Positions 48,997-57,954 of a stretch of DNA of 64,000 nt are shown here, piece after piece (positions within the stretch are counted from its first letter, which is position 1; each line of letters starts with the position of its first letter). The stretch is from NCBI GenBank assembly GCA_963817525.1, contig CAWFOU010000007.1, forward strand, positions 832,001 to 896,000. The letters are read 5' to 3'. The stretch comes from an uncultured archaeon (GTDB taxonomy: Archaea > Thermoproteota > Nitrososphaeria > Nitrososphaerales > Gagatemarchaeaceae). The notes beneath the pieces were generated by a model. That model ran no database searches, was not told the origin of the DNA, and saw only the letters and a list, made by a program, of their open reading frames with translations. Made by a program: the position numbers and the translations under genes.

Positions 48997-50114
48997 AACA
49001 TTGCACCGGGGTCCTTCTGATATCCTTCTCCTTTGCTGTCACCACCGCCGCCCTCGTCCCTCATGAACTCGTCTGCCTCCTCGCGCAGGTGCCAGGGCAT
49101 CTCCGAGTAGACGTCGGTGAAGAGAGTCGAAGGCGCGGGCGGGGGGATTGCTTCCCTATCCTTGACCACCTGCGCAATCTCCGCGTCTATCTCCTTCATG
49201 TAATTCTCGTTGTCCTTCTCGTTGAGAATCCCCTTCTTGACAAGGTAGGCGGTGAACCTCGTGATGGGGTCTCTCTTCTTCCACATCTCGACCTCCTCCG
49301 AGCTCCTGTAGACGCTCGGGTCGTCCGACGTGGAGTGGCCGCCCATCCTGTAGGTGACCGCTTCGATAAAGGTCGGGCCCCCGCCTGCGCGGGCCTTGTC
49401 GACCGCAGACTTTGTCGCCTTGTAGACCGCCAAGATGTCATTCCCATCGATCTGGACGCCCTCGAACCCGTATGCTTCAGCCTTTATCGCGATGCTCTCG
49501 GATGCGGTCTGGCGCCTCACCGGGAGGGAGATGGCGTACTGGTTGTTCTCGCAGAAGAAGACGGTTGGCGTCTTCCAGAGCCCCGCGAAGTTCATGGCCG
49601 CGTGGAACTCGCCTTGCGAAGTCGCTCCTTCTCCTAAGGAGGCCAGCGTTACTGACTTTTCACCTCTAAACTTCGCAGCGTAACCGATTCCGACGGCGTG
49701 CAGCAGCTTCGAGCCTATCGGGCTCGACAAGGAGACTATCTTCCACTTGCTGAAGCCCCAGTGCATGGGCATCGACCTCCCGTGGGCCTCGTCGGCAGAG
49801 TTCCCCATTATCTGGTCGAAGAGCACGCTCAATGGGACGCCCTTCACGAGACAGGTCCCGGGGTCCCTGTAGCTCGGGAAAGCCCAGTCGATCGGGGAGA
49901 GCGTGTACGCCATCCCGATCTGGCATGCCTCCTGCCCGGTGGACTCCATGAAGAAGCCTATGCGGCCCTGCCTCTGCAGGGACATGCCCTTCTCGTTGAA
50001 CCTCCGCACGGTGAGCATGTACCTGTGCATCTTTAGCAGATCCTCGCGGCTGAGGTCTGGTTCTAACTTAGGATTGAAGTCGCCGTCCGCCCTGATTACC
50101 TGGAGCATTTCCAC
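48993..50114 (-). CDS. 2-oxoacid dehydrogenase E1 alpha subunit (pyruvate or branched-chain)
   Basis: QRQGRIGF, GEGATSQG..NNQYAIS TPP motif, HSTSDDP. Confidence 0.95.
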   Translation of the reverse strand: MEMLQVIRADGDFNPKLEPDLSREDLLKMHRYMLTVRRFNEKGMSLQRQGRIGFFMESTGQEACQIGMAYTLSPIDWAFPSYRDPGTCLVKGVPLSVLFDQIMGNSADEAHGRSMPMHWGFSKWKIVSLSSPIGSKLLHAVGIGYAAKFRGEKSVTLASLGEGATSQGEFHAAMNFAGLWKTPTVFFCENNQYAISLPVRRQTASESIAIKAEAYGFEGVQIDGNDILAVYKATKSAVDKARAGGGPTFIEAVTYRMGGHSTSDDPSVYRSSEEVEMWKKRDPITRFTAYLVKKGILNEKDNENYMKEIDAEIAQVVKDREAIPPPAPSTLFTDVYSEMPWHLREEADEFMRDEGGGGDSKGEGYQKDPGAMF

Positions 50115-50190
50115 GCTTGGTCGAGCTCGGCTGTTTTGAGCGGTTTTTTTCCGCCAAATAAGACTTCCGAATTCCCAGTCGAGAGCTTCG

Positions 50191-51096
50191 TTAATCGTTG
50201 TGGTTGCGCTTCACGAGGGACTCTAGGAAGAGCTCCCCCGCCCTGTAGCTGGACCTCACCAGCGGCCCCGACGCGACGTACCTGAACCCGTACTCTTCCT
50301 CGCCGACGCGCTTGTAGTGGTCGAAGGTCTCCGGGGAGACGTACTCGAAGACGGGGAGGTGCCTCGCCGAGGGGCGCAGGTACTGCCCCACCGTCAGGAA
50401 GTCGACGCCGGCGTCCCGCAGGTGCATCATCGCGAGCCTCACCTCCTCCTCCTTCTCGCCCAGCCCTAGCATGATGGATGACTTTGTGAACATCGAGCGG
50501 TCGAGCTTCTTGATGCTCCTCAGGACCGAGAGGGACTGCCAGTAGCCGGCGCGCGGGTCCCTTACCCTGTCGCTCAGGAACAGGGTGGTCTCGATGTTGT
50601 GCGCGATGACGTCCGGCCTGGCCTGCACCACGGTGCTGATAGAGTCCACGTCGTTCTGGAAGTCGGGGATCAGCACTTCGACCATCATCTCGGGGTTCAT
50701 CTCCTTCGTGGCGCGTATCGTCTTGGCGAAGTGCCCGGCGCCTCCGTCGGGGAGGTCGTCCCTGTCCACCGACGTCAGCACCACATATGTCAGGCCCATC
50801 CTCGAGAGCGTGAGCGCCACGTTCTCCGGCTCGAGCGGGTCCGGCGGGTTCCCTGCGGGCTTCCCAGGGGTGACCATGCAGAACCTGCACGCCCTCGAGC
50901 AGACGTCGCCCATGAGCATCAGGGTCGCGGTGCCGCTCCCCCAGCACTCGGCGACGTTCGGGCAGTGGGCCTCCTCGCAGACGGTGTGGAGCCCGAGCTC
51001 CTTGAAGAGCCCCTTGAGCCTCTTGTAGTTCTCGCCCTCGTCCTCGACGGCTGTCGGGGGCAAGACGGTGAGCCACTCGGGCTTTGGTTCCATCAA
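50191..51096 (-). CDS. lipA: Lipoyl synthase
   Basis: CEEAHCPNVAEC, CSRACRFC, VRSSY. Confidence 0.96.
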   Translation of the reverse strand: MMEPKPEWLTVLPPTAVEDEGENYKRLKGLFKELGLHTVCEEAHCPNVAECWGSGTATLMLMGDVCSRACRFCMVTPGKPAGNPPDPLEPENVALTLSRMGLTYVVLTSVDRDDLPDGGAGHFAKTIRATKEMNPEMMVEVLIPDFQNDVDSISTVVQARPDVIAHNIETTLFLSDRVRDPRAGYWQSLSVLRSIKKLDRSMFTKSSIMLGLGEKEEEVRLAMMHLRDAGVDFLTVGQYLRPSARHLPVFEYVSPETFDHYKRVGEEEYGFRYVASGPLVRSSYRAGELFLESLVKRNHND

Positions 51097-51130
51097 CGCG
51101 AAGCAGCTGACCCCTTCCCCGGCGGAGCTT

Positions 51131-51559
51131 TTAGCTTAAGGGGGCGGCCGTGAGCTTTATCGTGCCGGCATCGGGTTGGAGGCTCCCCATGCACGCGGAG
51201 CAACCCTCGGTGTTGAACCCGGGTTCGAGCTCCACGTGGAGCGCGCACAGCGTATGGTTGTATCTCACGTAGTCGCAGACTTCGGTCATGAGCCTGAGCG
51301 CCTCCCGGCGGTCCGGCTCGTCCGAGGCCAGGAGCTCGGCCACCCTGTCGGCGGCCTTTGCGATGTTCTGGTCGACCTCCAGGTTTAGCATCACTCCCCT
51401 CGCCTTGCGCGCGTAGTTGCTCACCGACGCCTGGGTCACCCCAAGGCGGGTGGCGACCTCCTGCTGCGTGAGGTCGTAGTCCTCGGTGAGGCGCTTCGAG
51501 ACCATCGCCCTGAAGGCCGGGAGCGCGGACTTCGACACTATCTCGTAGGGGTGGATCAA
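51131..51559 (-). CDS. Archaeal XRE-like HTH transcriptional regulator with Cys/His C-terminus
   Basis: LTQQEVATRLGVTQASVSNY; C..CxxH..CxxC. Confidence 0.8.
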   Translation of the reverse strand: MIHPYEIVSKSALPAFRAMVSKRLTEDYDLTQQEVATRLGVTQASVSNYARKARGVMLNLEVDQNIAKAADRVAELLASDEPDRREALRLMTEVCDYVRYNHTLCALHVELEPGFNTEGCSACMGSLQPDAGTIKLTAAPLS

Positions 51560-51954
51560 CTGGCATTGATATTAGGCCGTTATATTTAAGTCTAAGCGCG
51601 GAGAGGGAAGGACGAACTTCGCAAGGCCAAAGACAGCGCGAAGGCCCTACGCGATGAGGCACTCCTCAACAAAGTCTTGGCCGCAGAGAAGAAGAATGTC
51701 GACGCTGACCATTCCCAAAAGGCAGTGCCGTGTCCTTTGGCTAATTCATGACAAAAGACCAAACAGATTCGTGCAGGACCGCGTTTGAGCAGTCTCCGCC
51801 TTGTCCAGGACGCCCGCTGGTAAGGACCGAACTTCTAGATAAAATCTCTAGAGGGTGCTCCGTCACTCAATCTCTAGTGGATGCAGTGCTTTGTAATATC
51901 ACGCTCCCGTGGACGCATTGTCCAGTTACGAACATCGGTCAGTAGCAAGCTAAA

Positions 51955-52008
51955 CCCCTGATGAGTCCGTGAGATTCGGACGAAACGCCCACGTTTGTTG
52001 GCGTCGGG
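51955..52008 (+). ncRNA. Type I hammerhead ribozyme 1 (predicted cleavage after C52005)
   Basis: CCC-CUGAUGA-GUCCG(UGAGAUU)CGGAC-GAA-ACGCC(loop)GGCGU-C-GGG: complete catalytic core with a GUC triplet; stem I is only 3 bp. Confidence 0.88.
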
Positions 52009-52093
52009 AAAAAATGGAAATGAACGGAAAAATTTTACACGGTTCAACGGGTTCTGCTTACCAGTATGATTTTGGTAAGGGTGGTGAAAGAGT

Positions 52094-52507
52094 ATAAGAA
52101 TCAACAATAAGAAGAAGGGGATATCGCCGCTCATTGCAACCCTCATTCTGATAGCAATTGCTATCGTTGGGGGCGGAGTGGTCTATACGCTGTTCACTAG
52201 CACAGCATCAGCAATATCAACTAACCTCCACGCAAGCGTCACGTCGGCAACTGCGTCACAATCCGCTGGGTTTACCCTGACGGTCAAGAATGACGGGACC
52301 ATCGCTTGGGCCGGAGCACCAACAATATCAGTGAACGGTGCAGTAGTAGCCACACCAGGCTGCGTTGGAGCAGGTGCATCTGGAGACAGCTACGCTTGTG
52401 CATGGGCTGGAACAATAGCTGCAGGAACAACCTATGGCATTACTGTGACTGTTGCTGGGACTAGCGGTGATTACGTTGCCTCCACATCTGTAGTAGGTAC
52501 ATCCTAG
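52094..52507 (+). CDS. Archaeal type IV pilin (probable major pilin), ATA start
   Basis: Class III signal NKKKG|ISPLIATLILIAIAIVGG upstream of the ORF-track start (52178); in-frame TGA at 52085; GGTGA 6 nt before the ATA. Confidence 0.88.
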   Translation: MRINNKKKGISPLIATLILIAIAIVGGGVVYTLFTSTASAISTNLHASVTSATASQSAGFTLTVKNDGTIAWAGAPTISVNGAVVATPGCVGAGASGDSYACAWAGTIAAGTTYGITVTVAGTSGDYVASTSVVGTS

Positions 52508-52509
52508 AA

Positions 52510-52564
52510 CCTCCTGATGAGCTGGTGGAATTCCAGCGAAATCCCGTTTTATTCGGGATAGAGG
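52510..52564 (+). ncRNA. Type I hammerhead ribozyme 2 (predicted cleavage after A52560)
   Basis: CCUC-CUGAUGA-GCUGG(UGGAAUU)CCAGC-GAA-AUCCCG(UUUUAUU)CGGGAU-A-GAGG; fills the pilin1-pilin2 spacer. Confidence 0.9.
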
Positions 52565-52567
52565 AAA

Positions 52568-53017
52568 ATGAGGAAGATGAAACGGCGCGGAGTATCGGAA
52601 GTCATAGCCACGCTGATAATGGTAGCTGTGACCATTGCCGGCTTTGGCACATACTTTGCGGTAGCGGGCGCAAACCTTCGACTGGGTGCGTCAGTGCCGA
52701 TCGACGAGTTGCAAACACAAGCGATAGCTGTGAACGAGCAGGTACAACTAGCGTATTCGACCATAGGTGCTTCGTCTGTTTCACTCTATCTTTTCAGTTA
52801 CGGGACTTCCGCAGTCACTTTCAACACAATCGTATTCGTTTGGGGAACCAATAATGTCCGTTGTACGATGAGTCAGTCTTTGGCTCCAAACATCCTCACG
52901 GAGGTAACGATAGCAGGTGGAGCTGGATCTTGTTTTGCCACTTCGGGCTTGCCATCTTCGCCAATGACTATTACAGCAATAAGTTCTGACGGTACTCTTT
53001 TCACCTGGAGAGCGTAA
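52568..53017 (+). CDS. Archaeal type IV pilin (minor)
   Basis: KRRG|VSEVIATLIMVAVTI class III signal. Confidence 0.88.
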   Translation: MRKMKRRGVSEVIATLIMVAVTIAGFGTYFAVAGANLRLGASVPIDELQTQAIAVNEQVQLAYSTIGASSVSLYLFSYGTSAVTFNTIVFVWGTNNVRCTMSQSLAPNILTEVTIAGGAGSCFATSGLPSSPMTITAISSDGTLFTWRA

Positions 53018-53020
53018 GAT

Positions 53021-56000
53021 TTGAAACTCGTCTCTAGAAATGGAAGGAATGGAAGGAAAGGTATCAGTACAGTCATAGGGACGATACTCTTTGTTGTCGT
53101 TGTTCTTTTCGTTCTTGGGCTCATCGTGTCTATCATGGCCGCGCAAGCCAACTATCAGCAAGCGGCGCTGGCGGCCTCTATCAGACAAGGACAGAGAAAC
53201 GGCGCACTTCTGCAACTAGGACCCTACAGCACAACTCCGAGTGCACAGAACGAAGGGTCGTTGAGCATAACAAACACTGGATCCACTGCGATTCAGTTTG
53301 TCCAAGTAATCTACGTCTATCACGAGACAGATAATACCGGTGTCACGGACGACGGCGTACTGAATCAGGTGGTCGCCACTTTCAACGCTGGTTCAGGAAG
53401 TTGTGTAACCGCACCCGCTTCCACGCTTGGGATTGGTGGACAGTGTGACTATACCGCGTCTGTGACTTTGCCAAATTCCGGTCCGTACGCCACTGCTGAC
53501 AACTGTGGAACTGGGACAGGATTGAACATGACCTGTCATGCTCAGAGACCCGCGATTGGGGTTGTCACCTTTCTAGGAAACGTCTACTGGTATAACTATA
53601 CAGCTTGGGCAGCCGGTCAAGCAACTGGAACTGGAACTTCCATAAGTTTCACTTCCACCACTTCGATCTCGAGTTCGAGCTCCACAACTTGCGAGGCTTA
53701 CTGCCTGTACACAGTAACGTTTACCGAGAGCGGGCTTCCGACAGGTTCACAGTGGGCGGTTACCTTTGATTCTATCACCGCCTACGCGCCGGCCCCGGAC
53801 GCAATAATATTCGTCAATGTTCCTACTGGTACCTACTTCTGGGTGGCCGGGTCTCCGGTAGCAGGACCTGCTGGTTACCAATACGTTGCATCACCAGGTT
53901 ATGGTAACATGGTGGTCTCTTCAACGGGTTCTAACAGTCAGAGCATCGTCTATTCACCACAGTATCTTTTGACGATGACTTCCAGTCCCTCAGCTGGAGG
54001 AACTGTAACGCCATCCACCGGATGGTTTAATCCGGGAACGGTCGTTGGTATATCTGAGACTCCGAACGCTGATTACATCTGGGGCGATTGGGTTGGAACC
54101 GGCAGCGGTCATTACAGTGGCACTGCAACTTCCACAACCGTACAAATGAATGCTCCTATCACAGAGACAGCCACATTCACGCCATTCACACGCTACACGA
54201 TCGCATTCTCAGAGGCAGGGCTTCCGTCCGGAACCACGTGGTCTATCACTGGTGTGAACAGCACAGTCACATCTGGACCCTCGCCTTCATCAACAACGAG
54301 TTCGATCAAGTTCATTGACATGGTGGCAGGAACGTACGTTTGGTCTGCTGCTTCTCCGATCGCTGGTGCAACCGGTGTTCAGTACGTCACGTCGGCTGGT
54401 GGGACAATAACTCTTCCAGACACTGGAACGCCAACTGGTTGCAGCAATTTCAATGCCGGAACAGAGACTTGTACAATCTCACAGATCACATACACAACCC
54501 AATACTTCTTGACGCTACAGGTTGCCTCTGGTCAATCGAGCTATGGAACAGTTCCTGCCGGCGGGTGGTATAACTCTGGGTCAACGCCCAGCGTAACTGC
54601 GACGCCATACCCTGGATACTCATTCGCCTCTTGGACTGGGTCTACGACTGCGCCCGGAGTGGCATACACAGGGACAAGTAACCCAACCCCAACTTACACA
54701 ACTCGTTCGCCCACCGGCATCCTGATGGACAACCCCGTAACAGAGACGGCGTCGTTTACAGTGAATCAGAGATACACCGTGGACTTTGTAGAGTCTGGTT
54801 TGCCATCTGGAACATGGGGTGTCTCGTATAACGGTACCCATACTTCCACGACAACCACAATCAGCCTCCTGAACAGCGTAACATGCAGCGGAGGCTGCTC
54901 GTGGTCGATTCCGACTGCCTATCTGGCTATCACTGTTGGTGGGGTAACCTATGTTGCTACTCCAAGCAGCGGAAGCATAGCTCTGCCAGCGACTGGGAAT
55001 TTGCCAGGAACAGGAACTGGTTGTTCATCAGTAAGTGGGACGACGTGCACGGTCAATATCACATACGAAAAGGCGTTCACGGTGATTTTTGCAGAGTCCG
55101 GGCTTCCGTCTAGTGCAAGTAAGGTATGCGGTGGTAATGGCAATGTGGAGTGTGAATGGAACGCTACGCTGGGTTCGATGGCGTCTTCCACGACTGCGTC
55201 TAATACAATCACTTTCTCTGATGTGGTTCCGGGTAGCTATGCTTGGGACATTGTTACACACCCCAACACTGGGACGACAGGTTGCAACTTTGATGTCTCT
55301 TGTAACATTGGAAACTTCACCGCTCAGACTTCGTCAGGAATGCAATACCAATACAACACCGAGGTTCTCAACGCTGGTGTCTACACGTATGATAACAACT
55401 CCGCTTCAAGTCCGCTCGTCATTCCCACATCTGGAACACCCGCGAACAATCCTGCACAAGGTCTTTCATGCACTGGCACAACTTGCACAATTAGTTTAGA
55501 CTTCGTTGCTCAATACGAGCTAAACGCCTGTGCCCTTCCAGCGGGTACTGGAGGTTTTGGTGGAGAGGGCGGTTCGTGTAACGATGCAGTGCCTCCTAAC
55601 AACCCCGGAGGTTATATTCAACTATCTGTCGTGAGCGGAAGCGGACCCCAGCCAACTGGGTATACTGTCACAAACAATTTGAACTCTGGTGTCTTCAATG
55701 GGGCGGTTGGTCTTTTCTTCAATGCCGGAACGGGATTGAAGCTAACAAGCATACCTCTTGCTGGCGATGTGTCCACAACTTGGACTTCCGACCCACAGGC
55801 AACGGGCGATGGCTGTTCAACACCAGACAGCGGTAGCTCGGGTTCGATAACCTTCACGATGGGAACAACCTGTATTTCTGAAGCAATGACATTCTCGGAA
55901 CCAACATTTTCGATCTCCTGTTCACCGGGGTCTGGTGGAAGTTGTTTGTCCGAGTCACATACTACAACCGTAGCAATCACACTCACCGGTTCAGGCTTCC

Positions 56001-56223
56001 CGGCTAGCACGACATACAGTTACTGTCTCAGTTCTAGCCCTACGAGTACCCTGTCGTGTGTGTTTGGCTCTGGAGACCAATTCACAACATCAAGTGGTGG
56101 TAGCATCCCAAGTGGCACGATTATGAGTGTAACTGGCGGTTCGGTTCCGAAGGGGACCTACTACCTAATCGTCTACTCGGAACGACAGTCGTTGCCGACG
56201 CACCGGTAACTTACTCAAGTTGA
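53021..56223 (+). CDS. Large pilin-like adhesin with thermopsin-type and B-repeat-like domains (1-nt indel near 56180)
   Basis: RKG|ISTVIGTILFVVV class III signal; four YTV.F.ESGLP repeats; Cys-, Thr- and Ser-rich; a better C-terminus continues in another frame to the TGA at 56221-23. Confidence 0.8.
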
Positions 56224-56233
56224 GTGACTTAAG

Positions 56234-57954
56234 ATGACAACTGTAAAACCGACCGGAAACGGGAACGCAAGGACAACTCTCAAAGAGAGTAAGATACCGA
56301 AGGAAGTCTTGGAGAGATTCAGTCTTCTTTCGCTTCAAGGTGTGGTCACAGGGACCCAGAAGCTCATGAAATCCTACCCTGTCAAGGGCGCCCAAGTCTT
56401 GATCGTCGATGATAACGGACGAGGGTTGTACCTCATCAAGGAGCCAGACGTCACGGACGAAGACAAAGAACTCTACAGACAACTCATGGGCGGTCTCTAC
56501 TACTCGCTCAAACCAATCTCCGACCTGAAGAGTCCGCTGGCATACGTTGAGAGCTATCTCAACGACGCGGTCGTAGCACTCAAGCCAGACGCCACCCAGG
56601 AGACGAAGGACGCACTTCTCTACTACATCGGAAGAGACGTGGCTGGTTACGGGATCCTGGACGTTCCTATGACAGACTCAGAAGTTGAGGAAGTGGAGTG
56701 CAACGGCTACTCTACACCGCTCCACGTCGTGCATAGGGAGTTTTCGGAATACATGAGACTTGAGAGCAACATTCACTTTCAAACCGAGAAGATAGTCGCC
56801 GACATCGTGCAGAGGCTTGCGCAGAGGGCGGGTAAGTCTGTGACCATCGCGTATCCATTCACCGACTTCATTCTTCCGGAAGGCCACCGAGGGGCTGTGA
56901 CATACGGCAACGAAATCTCACTTCCGGGTTCCACTTTCGACATCAGGAAGTTCCCACTCGAACCATTGACGATCACGGCACTCCTGAAGTATGGGACGAT
57001 CTCGCCTCTGATGGCCGCCTACGAGTGGTTGATCGACGAGCACAGAGGGTTTACCCTTCTCATAGGAACGGTCGGTAGCGGAAAGACCACGATGCTCAAC
57101 GCGCTGCTGAGTACCCTTCATCCCAGTTCGAAGATCCTCACAGTGGAGGACACGCCCGAAATCAGGATCGCTCACGAGAACTGGATTCGATTCATAACCC
57201 GTTCGGCCTATACAATCGGTGCTAGAGAGGTCGGACTGTTCGACCTCGTAAAGACCTCACTGAGATACAGGCCTGACTATCTCGTCGTCGGAGAGGTCAG
57301 AGGCGAGGAGATCCAATCCCTCGTTCAAGCTGCGGCTGTCGGTCACGGTGCCAGCACCACGATACACGCAGAGAGTCCAGAAGCCGCGCTCGTCAGGATG
57401 CGCTCTCCGCCTCTCAGTGTCGGGGAGAGCTTCCTGATGCTCATCTGGAACATCCTTCAGATGGAGCGGGTGACCATGTCGAGCGACAAGCAAGTAAGGA
57501 GGGTCATGTCGATAACCGAGGTCGTTCCAAGTGGGACTTCATTCGAACTCAAGGAACTCTTCAACTGGGACGTTTCAACCGACACGTTCTATCCCGACGA
57601 CGCCAGGGAGGTCGCTTCGCGAAGTGAGAGACTCAAGATCGTTGCTTCGATGCGAGGCTGGAGCCAAGAGGAGCTTGTCGCAGAGCTGAACTCCAGGGTA
57701 AAGTTCCTACAGAGTCTTGTGGACAATAACCTGTTCACATACAAAGAAGTCACAGACGCTCTCTTCGCGTTCTGGAGCGGTCGGAGGGCAGTAGTACAGC
57801 CCGTGAAGGAAGCGGACGAGCTGGTGATAGTCGGCGAGGGCCCGGACGTCCCGGTCGGTATGGGAAGGGTCGATGAAATGGCAACTCCGAGCAGCATGAA
57901 CAGCCCGCACCAACTGCCGTGCTCCCAGAACCTACGCCGGAGGTCGCCAAGTAA
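56234..57954 (+). CDS. Type IV pilus assembly ATPase (FlaI/VirB11-like); tail frameshift near 57880
   Basis: IRKF, GTVGSGKTT, VEDTPE, RPDYLVVGEVRG, GH..TIHA; an alternative-frame tail (..PEPTPEVAK*) ends in TAATG overlapping the next gene. Confidence 0.9.

Noticed and set aside
52006-52560. Rolling-circle translation of the 555-nt (multiple of 3) predicted circle
   Set aside because: The pilin frame has a TAG at 52505-07 and a TGA at 52085-87, so it cannot form an endless ORF
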